From an uncultured Succiniclasticum sp. (GTDB lineage: Bacteria; Bacillota; Negativicutes; Acidaminococcales; Acidaminococcaceae), in assembly GCA_902801365.1 (NCBI GenBank), contig CADCHY010000001.1, positions 16,272 to 80,271 of the forward strand: DNA of 64,000 bases. The letters run 5' to 3'. Position numbers and translations under genes: made by a program. Under the pieces are notes generated by a model that saw only the letters and a program-made list of their open reading frames with translations, did no database searches and was not told where the DNA came from. Shown piece by piece: positions 48,538 to 59,082 of this stretch. Positions within the stretch are counted from its first letter, which is position 1; each line of letters opens with the position of its first letter.

Positions 48538-48918
48538 TCACGCTGTCGCAATTACTTCAATCTCTACTAAACCATCTTTGGGAAGGGCTGCCACCTGAAC
48601 CGCTGAACGGGCCGGGAAATCCTCTGTAAAAAATTCGGAATACACCGCATTCATCGCCGCGAAATCCTTCATATCTTTCAGAAAAACGGTGACTTTCACA
48701 ACTTTTCCCAAACCTGAACCAGCTGCTTCCAGCACATGCTTTACATTCTTCAGGGACTGACGGGTCTGTCCTGTCACACCGGCTTCCGCAAATACTCCTG
48801 TTTCCGGTATCAGGCCCAGCTGACCGGACACAAACACGAAACCGTTGGCTTTTATTCCCTGAGAATAGGGCCCGATTGCCCCTGGCGCTTTGTTTGTAGC
48901 GATAATTGTTTTTGCCAT
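48538..48918 (-). CDS. ridA: RidA/YjgF family enamine deaminase
   Basis: AIGPYSQG, SGQLG, FPARS, LVEIEVIA. Confidence 0.92.
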   Translation of the reverse strand: MAKTIIATNKAPGAIGPYSQGIKANGFVFVSGQLGLIPETGVFAEAGVTGQTRQSLKNVKHVLEAAGSGLGKVVKVTVFLKDMKDFAAMNAVYSEFFTEDFPARSAVQVAALPKDGLVEIEVIATA

Positions 48919-49179
48919 GTTCATTACCTCCTTGATATATTGTATAAAAAATGTGTGTCAGAATTATGGAAGGACGGGATATCTTTTCTCCGGTTTTCTT
49001 TTTTAAATTATATCACAACTCTGACATTACAGTTGTATCAGCATTTTTTTAGATGAGGTTTTTCGGTTCGCAGATTTTTTACATTTTCCGGGAATTCTGT
49101 GGTATAATTTTTATTACACAATGTTCATTTAAAAAGCAATTACTTGCGCCGCCAACGAAGCGGCAGATTGGAGATACGA

Positions 49180-49896
49180 ATGAAAACCATCGGCATTATG
49201 GGGGGCATGGGCCCCATGGCAACTGTAGACCTGATGCAGAAAGTTATCGTGGCAACGAAAGCCATCAAAGATCAGGAGCATATCCATACGGTCATTGACA
49301 ACAACACCAACATTCCGGACCGTTCCGAATGCATCTTCGGCAAAGGGCCGAGCCCGGTTCCGGAGATGATAAAATCAGCGGAACGCCTCACCGCCATGGG
49401 AGCAGACGTAATCATCATCGGCTGCAATACAGCTCATTACTTTTTGCCGGAAGTACAGAAACAGGTGAAAACGCCTTTCATCAACATGATTGAGGAAACA
49501 GCAAAGTTCTGTGCGGAAGAAGGCTACCGCACCCTGGGACTTTTGGCCTCGGCAGGCACCTGTGCCTCCGGCATTTACAAAAAAGCCTTTGAAGAGCTGG
49601 GTATGACTTTGCTCCACCCCGAAGAAGCAGAAACAGAAATCATCCATGAAATGATTTACGACGGTGTGAAGGCTACGAATTACAATTACGATGCCGCGCC
49701 TGCCCAAAATGTACTGCACGCCATGGAACAGCGGGGCGTGGAAGCTTTCATTTTAGGCTGTACGGAAGTTCCGGTAGCGGTACAGATGTACAAGCTGCAG
49801 GGCTGCTTTGTGGACGCCACGGAAGTGCTGGCGGAAAAAGCGGTGGCCTGGGCTGGCGGTGAAGTCATCAGCAGCCTGCCACGCCGGAATAGCTAG
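49180..49896 (+). CDS. Aspartate/glutamate racemase family (two-Cys)
   Basis: IGIMGGMGPMAT, GCNTAH, LGCTE. Confidence 0.92.
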   Translation: MKTIGIMGGMGPMATVDLMQKVIVATKAIKDQEHIHTVIDNNTNIPDRSECIFGKGPSPVPEMIKSAERLTAMGADVIIIGCNTAHYFLPEVQKQVKTPFINMIEETAKFCAEEGYRTLGLLASAGTCASGIYKKAFEELGMTLLHPEEAETEIIHEMIYDGVKATNYNYDAAPAQNVLHAMEQRGVEAFILGCTEVPVAVQMYKLQGCFVDATEVLAEKAVAWAGGEVISSLPRRNS

Positions 49897-49907
49897 TAAG
49901 GAATATT

Positions 49908-50669
49908 GTGATGGATTCTTATACACAATACCTGATTATCTGTCCGCTGCTGTTTCTTGGCGGTTTTGTGGATTCCATCGCCGGAGGCGGCGGCCTCATC
50001 ACCCTGCCTGCCTATCTGCTGGCAGGTCTGCCTCCCCATCTGGCACTGGGCACCAATAAATTCAGTTCGGCTATCGGCACCAGTGTTTCTACTGCACGTC
50101 TGGCCCTGAACGGTTTTATCAAACTCCGGCCTGCCCTGATCTGCATTGTCGGCGCCTTTATCGGTTCTTCCATCGGGTCAAGGCTGACACTGCTCATCAG
50201 CGATGAGGTTTTCAACAAGTTGCTTATTATCGTGCTTCCCATTGCAGCGTTTTACGTTATGCGCAACAAGGGACTAAGCCAGGACCCCAATTCGTATGTA
50301 GACAAGACAGACAACAGAACGCCCCTGCGGATTGCTGTCATTGCGTTTTTCATAGGAGGTTATGACGGATTTTACGGTCCCGGCGCGGGCACGTTCCTGC
50401 TGCTGGCTTTAACCGGCTGGGCCATGCTGGATGTACGAAATGCAGCGGGACTGACAAAAGCCGCCAACCTGACTTCCAACATTGCGGCACTGATTACTTT
50501 CATCCTCAGCGGCAACGTGGATTATCAGTTAGGCCTGGCAGGCGCCGTGTGTAATTTTATCGGCGCGTATATCGGAGCAGGCATGGTACTGACCAAAGCT
50601 AACAAAATTGTTAAACCACTGATCATTGTGGTATTGGCACTGTTGTTTATCAAAATTGTAACGAAATAG
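49908..50669 (+). CDS. TSUP (TauE/SafE) family transporter
   Basis: DSIAGGGGLITLP, ALGTNK, GYDGFYGPGAG. Confidence 0.9.
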   Translation: MMDSYTQYLIICPLLFLGGFVDSIAGGGGLITLPAYLLAGLPPHLALGTNKFSSAIGTSVSTARLALNGFIKLRPALICIVGAFIGSSIGSRLTLLISDEVFNKLLIIVLPIAAFYVMRNKGLSQDPNSYVDKTDNRTPLRIAVIAFFIGGYDGFYGPGAGTFLLLALTGWAMLDVRNAAGLTKAANLTSNIAALITFILSGNVDYQLGLAGAVCNFIGAYIGAGMVLTKANKIVKPLIIVVLALLFIKIVTK

Positions 50670-50753
50670 AAACGAATCTGATATACAAAACGTAATGTAA
50701 AATTTATTTAACTCTGTATGACTTAGTAAATCTTTTTCAGGAGACGAATCATC

Positions 50754-51581
50754 ATGGCAAATTGTAATCACGATTGCGGAAGCTGCAGCGCCAGCTGCGG
50801 TGAACGGCAGGACCCGGCTTCTTTCAAAAAGCCGGCGCATAAAGAAAGTCATATTAAAAAAGTAATTGGCGTGGTCAGCGGCAAAGGCGGCGTGGGAAAA
50901 TCCATGGTCACTTCCCTGCTGGCTATGGCACTGCGGCGCGCGGGCAAACAGGTGGCGATTCTGGACGCGGACGTAACGGGGCCGTCCATTCCCAAAACTT
51001 TCGGTCTCCACGGACAGGCGCTGATGACAGACCGCGGCGTATTCCCCATGGAGACCCGCATGGGCATCAAGGTTATGTCTATCAATCTGTTATTACAAAA
51101 CGAAACCGATCCTGTTGTCTGGCGCGGCCCTATCATCGCCGGAGCCATCCAGCAGTTCTGGACGGATGTAATTTACGGCGACGTGGATTTTCTGTTGGTT
51201 GACATGCCCCCGGGAACCGGAGATGTTCCCCTTACCGTTTTTCAGACCATGCCGGTAGACGGCATCATCGTCGTCGCTTCCCCCCAGGAACTGGTAGGCA
51301 TGATTGTGGAAAAAGCCTGCAACATGGCAAAGATGATGGACGTTCCCGTGTTGTCCATCGTAGAAAACTTCAGCTATTTCAAATGCCCGGACTGCGGTAA
51401 AGAACATTCCCTCTTCGGCAAAAGCAGACTGGCAGAAACTGCGGCAGCACACGGCGTCATCTGTCAGGACAAGCTACCGGTGGATCCGCATCTGGCAGAG
51501 GCGGTAGACAATGGAAAACTGGAAGAAGCCGTTGTTCCTGATCTGCCACAGACTACGGAACTGTTGCTGAAGATGTTGTAA
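50754..51581 (+). CDS. Mrp/NBP35 Fe-S cluster carrier ATPase
   Basis: N-terminal Cys cluster, GKGGVGKS, DMPPGTGD, CPDC. Confidence 0.92.
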   Translation: MANCNHDCGSCSASCGERQDPASFKKPAHKESHIKKVIGVVSGKGGVGKSMVTSLLAMALRRAGKQVAILDADVTGPSIPKTFGLHGQALMTDRGVFPMETRMGIKVMSINLLLQNETDPVVWRGPIIAGAIQQFWTDVIYGDVDFLLVDMPPGTGDVPLTVFQTMPVDGIIVVASPQELVGMIVEKACNMAKMMDVPVLSIVENFSYFKCPDCGKEHSLFGKSRLAETAAAHGVICQDKLPVDPHLAEAVDNGKLEEAVVPDLPQTTELLLKML

Positions 51582-51602
51582 GATCATATCGTTTTTTTAC
51601 AA

Positions 51603-51648
51603 AAAGTAAGCGCACAGGGTTTCGCTAAACCCCTGTGCGCTAACTTTT
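51603..51648. terminator. Bidirectional terminator between mrp and pncB
   Basis: AGCGCACAGGG/CCCTGTGCGCT stem with flanking A/T runs. Confidence 0.7.
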
Positions 51649-51703
51649 TATTCAAATTTGAATAGACTTCTATAAATCCCCTTACATCCAAACCTTGACT
51701 GCT

Positions 51704-53179
51704 TTATTCTTCCCGTCTTCCGGCCGCAGCCAGCATATCATGCTTCAGCGTCCATAATTTTTTGGACAGGTCCACGTTGTACTTATGGGGGTTCTCAAAC
51801 CGTTTCACTTCGTCCCACAGGCCGGCCACTTCTTTGACGCAATATGCCTGCAACTCTTTCAGGCCGGGCTGCTTGTACACCAGCTTGCCTTTTTTGAAAA
51901 TGGGCACCTGCAATTCCCGGACGATGAAGTCCTTCAGTATCCGCTGCTTCCAGGTGGCTTCCGGGTCAAAGATAGTATGGGGCAGCGCTTCAGACACAAC
52001 TTCCTCACGCAGACAGATTTCATCCGCAATGGCTTTTCCTGTTTTCTTATCGTAGAAGCGATAAACTTTTTTGAATCCCGGGTTAGTGATCTTGGCGGTG
52101 TTCTCGGAAATTTTAATTTTGGGAACAATAGTCCCATCTTCCTTTTCCACCGCTACCAGCTTGTATACGCCGCCGAATACCGGACTGCTCTTGCTGGTGA
52201 TGAGCCGCTCGCCAACACCGAAGGAGTCGATTTTTGCGCCCTGCTGCAACAGATCCCGGATCAGGTATTCATCCAAAGAATTGGAAACCACAATTTTAGC
52301 ATCCGTAAGCCCCGCTTCATCCAGCATGAAACGGGCTTTTTTCGTTAAGTAGGCCAAATCGCCGGAGTCCAGACGAATGCCGAAATTACCAAACTTCTTT
52401 CCACTTGCCAGATATTCTTTAAATACTCTGATTGCATTTGGGACACCACTCTTTAACGTGTTGTAAGTATCCACCAGCAACACCGCATTGTTGGGATAGG
52501 TTTCCGCATAAAACTTAAAGGCTTCGTATTCCGTATCAAACATCTGTACCCAGGAATGTGCCATAGTGCCTGCTGCAGGAACGCCGTACAACTCATCCGT
52601 CAGCGTGCAGGCCGTAGCCACGCAGCCGCCAATATAAGCAGCCCGGGCTCCAATCACCGCACCGGAAACCCCCTGAGCCCGGCGGGAACCAAATTCCATC
52701 ACCGGCCTGCCCTCTGCGGCACGCACGATACGGTTTGCTTTCGTAGCGATGCAGGACTGATGATTGATGCAAAGCAGGATAAAAGTCTCCATCAGCTGCG
52801 CTTCTGCCGCCGGCGCTTTCACCGTAATAATCGGTTCGTGGGGAAATACCGGTGTGCCTTCCGGCACTGCATAGATATCTCCCGTAAACTTAAACTTGCG
52901 CAGATATCTCAGGAACTTTTCATCGAAGATGCCTTTACTGCGCAGAAACTCAATATCCGCTTCACTGAAATGCAGATTCTTTACATATTCTATGATATCC
53001 GTCAGCCCGCAGGCTATGGCAAAACCGCCATTATCGGGAACGCTGCGGTAAAATACATCAAAATAGGTTTGCTTTTTATAGAATCCGTTCAAAAAATATC
53101 CGTTCCCCATTGTCAGCTCATAAAAGTCTGTCAACAGGGTTAAATTTTGCTCTGTAACAGCCGGCATTCTCTTCTTCAC
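51704..53179 (-). CDS. pncB: Nicotinate phosphoribosyltransferase
   Basis: LLTDFYELTM, EFGSRRAQG, GTMAHSW, LVDTY, RLDSGDL, KISE. Confidence 0.96.
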   Translation of the reverse strand: MKKRMPAVTEQNLTLLTDFYELTMGNGYFLNGFYKKQTYFDVFYRSVPDNGGFAIACGLTDIIEYVKNLHFSEADIEFLRSKGIFDEKFLRYLRKFKFTGDIYAVPEGTPVFPHEPIITVKAPAAEAQLMETFILLCINHQSCIATKANRIVRAAEGRPVMEFGSRRAQGVSGAVIGARAAYIGGCVATACTLTDELYGVPAAGTMAHSWVQMFDTEYEAFKFYAETYPNNAVLLVDTYNTLKSGVPNAIRVFKEYLASGKKFGNFGIRLDSGDLAYLTKKARFMLDEAGLTDAKIVVSNSLDEYLIRDLLQQGAKIDSFGVGERLITSKSSPVFGGVYKLVAVEKEDGTIVPKIKISENTAKITNPGFKKVYRFYDKKTGKAIADEICLREEVVSEALPHTIFDPEATWKQRILKDFIVRELQVPIFKKGKLVYKQPGLKELQAYCVKEVAGLWDEVKRFENPHKYNVDLSKKLWTLKHDMLAAAGRREE

Positions 53180-53267
53180 CTCATTTCGAACAGTATATCA
53201 AAAAGACAGCGACAGATAAATCCACTTGTACTGCTGTCTAAGAAACAATAACTCAACTCACTGGCTA

Positions 53268-53837
53268 TTATTCCATCGAAATCATTTCTCCGTCATGACG
53301 GATCCGGCCCGTAACATCTTTCAGGAAACGCTGCCTGCGTTCCGGGATTATCATACCGCCCGGTTGTCCGTTTTCCTGCAGTTCTTCTGCTTCCGGCACA
53401 AAGTTTACCAACTGGATACCATAACCGCTGCGGACCAGCATATCAATCATCGCATCACCCCTGTTGCAGAACAACACCAGGGAGCGACCTTCCATCTCGC
53501 CCTTTAATACTCCTTCTTCCTTACCGGTTGCTGCTTTCCTTACAATCATGCGTGTCTTCTTATAATGAGGTATAATCAAAAACGCCTGCTCTTTGCCCGT
53601 ACGGATTACAAAATAGTTTTTCAGACCGGAAGGCAGAATAACCCCATTCAGTTTTGGATATACTTTTAAATTCGCTACCGCCGCCATCACAGTATGGTCC
53701 GTCAATTCCACAACGGCGTTGCCGCCACCCAATACTGCCTGATAATCCGGCGCAACATCCGATTTGTCGACATCGTCAGCAAAAGCCGAAGCGCACAAAG
53801 ACAAAAGCATACACAACATCAACAGTAACTTTTTCAT
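53268..53837 (-). CDS. Secreted hypothetical protein
   Basis: RBS GGAGG; signal peptide MKKLLLMLCMLLSLCASAFA. Confidence 0.7.
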   Translation of the reverse strand: MKKLLLMLCMLLSLCASAFADDVDKSDVAPDYQAVLGGGNAVVELTDHTVMAAVANLKVYPKLNGVILPSGLKNYFVIRTGKEQAFLIIPHYKKTRMIVRKAATGKEEGVLKGEMEGRSLVLFCNRGDAMIDMLVRSGYGIQLVNFVPEAEELQENGQPGGMIIPERRQRFLKDVTGRIRHDGEMISME

Positions 53838-54058
53838 ACAGAAAATCCTCCTTCCAATCATTCAGCAACAACAAAAACGAAAAATACACACTATACGGGT
53901 GTTATTATTCATTGATTATACCACAATGCCTTTGCAATTTCATGAAAATAAACACAAAAAACTGTGATGTTAAGGAAACAGGGCTGTAGCTATATGCCAC
54001 AACCCTGATTTTTTATTCTCTTTAAAGCCAAGCCGATTTAATAAAAACTTATTTGCTT

Positions 54059-54625
54059 TTATTTCCAGGGATCGTCTTTTGCCGGGATACGGATTCCCGC
54101 CAGCAGCCCTTCATACTCCCACAGATACCATTCGCCAGTGGATGGTTTCAACCGCATGGTAATCGGTCTGGGATTATCCGCGCCGCCGCTCTTTACCCAC
54201 AGCTGGGCGTAATCTTTATTCTGATAGCTGTAGGGTGTTTCAGAAACTGTCAGTGTATAAGGCATGGACGGCGTATAATTGTTGTCAGGATTCGCCCCGT
54301 CAAAATAGGACTTTGCCGTATATTCCTTGCCCCGGAGCTGGTCACGCAGGAATTGTTTGTTAAAATTATTCAGAGGACGGGGCCCCCGCAGTACATCCAG
54401 CATGGCAATTCCCGCCTCTGCATTCTCCGTATACCGGACCAATGCGGCAATGGCATAGGCGGCCGTCTGCTGCGGAGTATTTGCAGGTTTGATTTCTGCC
54501 GCCGATTTCGGCAGCGGATTGAGAACTACTTTCTTGCTTTCCATTGCGTTAACCGCCTTTCCGGGTACACCTGAACACAGGAATGTCAAAAGCAATGCGC
54601 CTAACAGAACCTTTTTCATTTTCAT
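54059..54625 (-). CDS. Secreted conserved protein (DUF6935-like, from recalled motif)
   Basis: Signal peptide; SYFDGANPDNNYTP..SGGADNPRPI..GEWYLWE. Confidence 0.7.
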   Translation of the reverse strand: MKMKKVLLGALLLTFLCSGVPGKAVNAMESKKVVLNPLPKSAAEIKPANTPQQTAAYAIAALVRYTENAEAGIAMLDVLRGPRPLNNFNKQFLRDQLRGKEYTAKSYFDGANPDNNYTPSMPYTLTVSETPYSYQNKDYAQLWVKSGGADNPRPITMRLKPSTGEWYLWEYEGLLAGIRIPAKDDPWK

Positions 54626-54663
54626 GCTGCTCGTCACCTCTGCTTTGCGAAAACACAAGTTAT

Positions 54664-54822
54664 CTATTCTTCCGAAAAATCTTCTTTAGGGGCAGAGCAT
54701 AACGGGCAGACCCATTCTGCCGGAACATCTTCCCAGGCAGTGCCTGCCGCTACGCCGTTGTCCGGATCGCCTTCTGCGGGATCATATACATAACCACATA
54801 CATTACACACATACTTTTTCAT
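54664..54822 (-). CDS. Rubredoxin (52 aa); not in the ORF track
   Basis: Manual translation [52 protein letters not shown]; RBS AAAGGAG. Confidence 0.97.
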   Translation of the reverse strand: MKKYVCNVCGYVYDPAEGDPDNGVAAGTAWEDVPAEWVCPLCSAPKEDFSEE

Positions 54823-55018
54823 GTTCATACTCCTTTCTGTATAACTGTAAAAAACAAAAAATCACAGATAGATAACTAACCCGTCATTTGTAAATATTAT
54901 ATCATAGAAACTGATGCAGGAAAATGTATAGTCAGGATTATTTACAACCCGGATTCCGGTTTCTGCTGCCGATACTTACAGCGTCGATATCAGAAAATGA
55001 TGGTTTATTAGTGTTTAC

Positions 55019-55792
55019 TTACAACATATATGCCAGTTTCCCGATTTCCTGCCGCCGCTCCCGCCACTTGGGATAATACAGGTCCATCCTTATCCTGAAC
55101 GATTCGCCGTGCCCCTTCTCCCACAGATGGGTCAGCTCATGTGTCACGATGTAGCTCAGATATTCCGGTGGAAGATGACCGAGGCTTAAATTGATACAGA
55201 TACGTCCCGTTTTGATATTGCAGGTTCCCCAGCGGGTTTTCATCTTGCGCACATACCAGCTGGACTCCCGCTTGCCCACCATGGTACCGCAGCCCTGAAA
55301 AATAGCAGGCAGAAAAGCTTCCATCTGGCGCTTCAGCCACAAATCAAGACATTGTTCCCGCTGCATTACATCAAATTCCGCAGGGCAGGCTAACAATAAT
55401 TTTGTGTTTTCGATTTTTACGGCTGCCATGTTATGTTTCTGCAGTGCTTCCGCCGCTTCTTCCCCACAAAGCTGACGAACCATCTCCGGGTCAGTCAGCA
55501 CAAGCAGTTCATAAGCATTTCCCCAAACGTACACCTGCTCTCCGGTCACATAATGACGAACCGGTTTTGGCACTATTTGCTCCTGTTTTTGCTGCTGACG
55601 CCGGATCCACTCCCGGTTCCGGGCAACAAACTGTTCCACTTCAGACAGAGATGTGTGATACGGCGCCGTCACAAACACCTTCGCTTCCTGTGGCTTTAAG
55701 CGGAGATACATACGGCGGATCCGTTTATACTGCAACAGATATTCAATTTCACCGATTTGATGTTCTTCTACTTCATTTTCTCTTCGTCTCAA
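55019..55792 (-). CDS. M48/YgjP (DUF45) family zinc-dependent hydrolase
   Basis: MKTRWGTC, YIVTHELTHL (HExxH), HGESF. Confidence 0.85.
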   Translation of the reverse strand: MRRRENEVEEHQIGEIEYLLQYKRIRRMYLRLKPQEAKVFVTAPYHTSLSEVEQFVARNREWIRRQQQKQEQIVPKPVRHYVTGEQVYVWGNAYELLVLTDPEMVRQLCGEEAAEALQKHNMAAVKIENTKLLLACPAEFDVMQREQCLDLWLKRQMEAFLPAIFQGCGTMVGKRESSWYVRKMKTRWGTCNIKTGRICINLSLGHLPPEYLSYIVTHELTHLWEKGHGESFRIRMDLYYPKWRERRQEIGKLAYML

Positions 55793-55820
55793 TGTAGAAC
55801 CGGTCCTGTTTGTATCCTAA

Positions 55821-56291
55821 CTACAGTTTGTTCCGCTCTTTCAACACCCGCTGCATCTCACGCTTTGCGTCCCGGTCTGCCATGTCGCGGCGTTTGTCGT
55901 ATATCTTCTTGCCGGTACATAACGCCAGTTCCATCTTCACGAAGCCGTGCTTGAAATACAGCTTCAGCGGAATGAGGGAATAGCCTTTTTCCTTAACTTT
56001 TCCCAGCAGCCGGTCGATTTCCCGGCGATGCATTAGAAGACGCCGGGTGCGCAAAGGGTCGTGGTTATTGTAATTGCCAAAATCGTAAGGACTGATGTGC
56101 ATGTTCATCACAACCAGTTCCCCTTTTTTGGTAATCCGCACAAAACTGTCTTTTAAATTCACCTTGCCGGCCCGCAGCGATTTCACCTCAGTACCCACCA
56201 GCTCCATGCCGGCTTCCATAGCTTCTACAATGTTGTAATCGTGGCGGGCTTTCCGGTTTTCGGTAATGATTTTTATTTTTGTTTCTACCAT
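55821..56291 (-). CDS. smpB: SsrA-binding protein
   Basis: [41 protein letters not shown]; start set at MVETK (RBS AGGAG). Confidence 0.97.
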   Translation of the reverse strand: MVETKIKIITENRKARHDYNIVEAMEAGMELVGTEVKSLRAGKVNLKDSFVRITKKGELVVMNMHISPYDFGNYNNHDPLRTRRLLMHRREIDRLLGKVKEKGYSLIPLKLYFKHGFVKMELALCTGKKIYDKRRDMADRDAKREMQRVLKERNKL

Positions 56292-56353
56292 AGTTACTCC
56301 TGAAGAGATGAGAATACGATATATGTTAAATACTGCGTCAGGAAAAGATATGA

Positions 56354-56490
56354 GCAAAACATCGGGAATGATTGCGTCATTCCATGAGATGAAATGTGCC
56401 GTCGTGGCGAGACTGTCTGAGGGGCGCAGCCCCGAGTTTCGAAGCCACAGGCACATGAGTCCATGGAATAGCAATCGTGTACGGTTTTGC
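56354..56490. repeat. 137-nt imperfect palindrome (REP/MITE-like or structured RNA) between rnr and smpB
   Basis: Nested complementary arms: GCAAAAC/GTTTTGC, GATTGC/GCAATC, ATTCCATG/CATGGAAT, ATGTGCC/GGCACAT, GTGGC/GCCAC, GGGGC/GCCCC. Confidence 0.7.
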
Positions 56491-56559
56491 GAATTCTTTT
56501 TCTGACCGTATTATTTACTTTACCTGTTATTCTATTCGCTAAAAGAAGCAAAAGTTCCT

Positions 56560-59082
56560 TTATCTGTGTCTCCGTTTTTTCTTATTATTCATACTTGCGT
56601 ATTTGTTTCCACCGATGCCACCTTTGCCCCGCTTAGCATAAGGGCGAGTCACACCGTTGATCTGTTCGTGGCTGCCGTGACGCCGTTTGTTTTTTCTGCG
56701 TCCGCCGCCTGTAGCCTGAGCCGCGTCCTGACGGATTTCTTCCAGTAAAACGGCTACGCTGCTGTGTCCGGATTTATAGGTTTTACCCGAACCTTCTGCC
56801 CTTTGTCCTGCACTGCCGCCGGACTTTTTCATTCTGCCGCCACCGCGCCGGGCATTACTCCCGCGCTGCGTTCTTCCGCGTTCCCCGGCGCTGCCCAGCT
56901 GTGTCTTAATATAATCACGCATGGCATCGTTTTCCCCGGCCATGATGAAATCAATGCTGCGTTCTTCCATGTTCACCTGCAGCACTTCGATCTGTACCGT
57001 ATCGCCCAGCCGGTAGGTATTGCCGGTATGAGTTCCCGTCAGGCAGTACCGGTCTTCAATGAATTCATAATAATCGTCCGTAAGGCTGGACATGTGGACA
57101 AGTCCTTCCACTCCGTTTGGCAGTTCCACAAACATACCGAAGGAGGTCACGCCGGAGATCACGCCTTCATAGGTTTCCCCGATGTGGTCCAGCATGTATT
57201 CGGCTTTCTTTAAGTCCACTGTCTCCCGTTCTGCTTCCGCTGCATTGCGTTCCTGTACGGAAGAATGCTCCGCCATACTTTCCAGACTGTCTTCCGAAAG
57301 TTCAGCCAGATGCTTCGTCAGATCCGGATCCTTCAGCCAGGCGTGCAAAATACGGTGCACCAGCAAGTCGGGGTAACGGCGGATGGGCGATGTGAAATGG
57401 CAATAGTATTCCGCGGCCAGCCCGAAGTGTCCGATGTTTTCCGTCTGATACACGGCCTGCCGCATGCAGCGCAGGGCCACCGTGTTCACCAGCCGTTCCT
57501 CGGGCCGCTCTTTCATTTCCGCCAGAGCCGCCTGCACATCTTTGGGTCGCACTTCCCCGTTTTTGGGAATACGCAGCTTCACATTGAAGCTTTGCAGCAG
57601 TTTGGCCAGCCCTTCCATCTTGTCTTCCGCCGGAGACTCATGGACCCGGTACACGCAGGGCCACTGCAGCATGGACAGATGCCGCGCCACCGTTTCGTTG
57701 GCCGTCAGCATAAACTCTTCAATGATGGATTCCGGCAGTCCGTGAATGCGCTGTTTAATTTCCAGCGGCTTGCCTGCTTCATCCAATATGACTTTCTGCT
57801 CCGGCAGGTCAAACTCAATGGCGCCGCGCCGGGTTCTCTTTTTCTGCAAGATGCGGCAGAGCTCCCGCATTTCTTCCAGCATGGGAACGATGTCCGCGTA
57901 ATCTTCCAGGGCCTTTTTGTCTCCTTCTTCGAGAATGGCACGCACCAGATTATAGCTGAGGCGGTGATGGGAATGAATCACCGCCGGGAAAATTCTGTAT
58001 TTCGCGACCCGGCCAGTCTCCCCCTCGATTTCCATTTCGCAGCCCATGACAAGGCGGTCAACATTTTCGTTCAGGCTGCAGATGCCGTTGCTTAACCGCT
58101 GGGGCAACATGGGCAGAACCCGGTCCACCAGATACACGCTGGTGCCCCGTTCCTGCGCTTCCTGATCCAGCAGGGTTTTCGCTTTCACATAATAGCTGAC
58201 GTCAGCGATGTAAACACCCAGCAGGTAACGCCCGTTATCCAGACGCCGTACATACACCGCGTCATCCAGATCTTTGGCATCTTCGCTGTCCACCGTCACG
58301 ACAGGGTAGTCCCGCCGGTCCTCCCTGCCATGCCAGTCCTTTTCCCGAAGCTCTTCCGGAACCCGGGCTGCCGCCCGTTTCACATTTTCCGGAAAGTCCA
58401 GGGGCAGGTCGTGCTGTTTGATGATGGATAAAATTTCCAGCCCCGGGTCGCCTATGTACCCCAGCACTTCCACAACACGGCCTTCCGCGCTGCGGCGTTC
58501 CGCATTATGTTCTTCCGTCGGCCAGTCCGTAATTTCCACAACCACTTTCTGATTGTCGGCCGCGCCGCCAAAATTCCTGCGCAGAATATAAATGTCGCTG
58601 CCGATCCGTTTGTCGTCAGGAATCACAAACGCAAAATCCATAGTGCGTTTGAACACGCCTACCACTCTTGTGTTAGCACGCTGAATAATACGGATGATTT
58701 CCCCTTCGGGCCGGCGTCCCGGCGCATGGCTGTCAATACGGGCCATGACCCGGTCATTGTTCATGGCGCCGTGGAGTTTACGGGGCGGAATGAATACGTC
58801 CGGTTTCGTTCCCTTGTTGTCAGGAATGAGGAAACCGAAGCCTTTGCTGCTTAACTGGAACCGTCCGGCCACCAGTCCCATCTTTTCCGGCAGACCGTAG
58901 GTCTCAAAACGGGTTTTCACCACGTAACCGTCCTTTTCCAGTTCCATGATGGCATCCCAGAATTCGTGCATGGGTTCTTCCTTGACGGGAATGGCGAAGA
59001 TCATCTCCTCCGCCGTCATGGGCGCGTAACTTTCCCGCTGCATGAACGCCATGATTTTATCTTTCAGTGAGAGTGTAGACAT
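56560..59082 (-). CDS. rnr: Ribonuclease R
   Basis: GFGF CSD motif, DSEDAKDLDDA, SVYL, HFTSPIRRYPDL, S1 domain, basic tail. Confidence 0.97.
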   Translation of the reverse strand: MSTLSLKDKIMAFMQRESYAPMTAEEMIFAIPVKEEPMHEFWDAIMELEKDGYVVKTRFETYGLPEKMGLVAGRFQLSSKGFGFLIPDNKGTKPDVFIPPRKLHGAMNNDRVMARIDSHAPGRRPEGEIIRIIQRANTRVVGVFKRTMDFAFVIPDDKRIGSDIYILRRNFGGAADNQKVVVEITDWPTEEHNAERRSAEGRVVEVLGYIGDPGLEILSIIKQHDLPLDFPENVKRAAARVPEELREKDWHGREDRRDYPVVTVDSEDAKDLDDAVYVRRLDNGRYLLGVYIADVSYYVKAKTLLDQEAQERGTSVYLVDRVLPMLPQRLSNGICSLNENVDRLVMGCEMEIEGETGRVAKYRIFPAVIHSHHRLSYNLVRAILEEGDKKALEDYADIVPMLEEMRELCRILQKKRTRRGAIEFDLPEQKVILDEAGKPLEIKQRIHGLPESIIEEFMLTANETVARHLSMLQWPCVYRVHESPAEDKMEGLAKLLQSFNVKLRIPKNGEVRPKDVQAALAEMKERPEERLVNTVALRCMRQAVYQTENIGHFGLAAEYYCHFTSPIRRYPDLLVHRILHAWLKDPDLTKHLAELSEDSLESMAEHSSVQERNAAEAERETVDLKKAEYMLDHIGETYEGVISGVTSFGMFVELPNGVEGLVHMSSLTDDYYEFIEDRYCLTGTHTGNTYRLGDTVQIEVLQVNMEERSIDFIMAGENDAMRDYIKTQLGSAGERGRTQRGSNARRGGGRMKKSGGSAGQRAEGSGKTYKSGHSSVAVLLEEIRQDAAQATGGGRRKNKRRHGSHEQINGVTRPYAKRGKGGIGGNKYASMNNKKKRRHR

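Noticed and set aside
53180-53267. NAD-responsive riboswitch or operator upstream of pncB
   Set aside because: Only a weak GACAGC/GCTGTC stem is present, with no motif I can support.
56294-56551. 85-aa ORF between rnr and smpB
   Set aside because: It spans the palindrome and has no RBS or protein-like motifs; the longer track version of smpB (to 56474) is likewise an over-extension.
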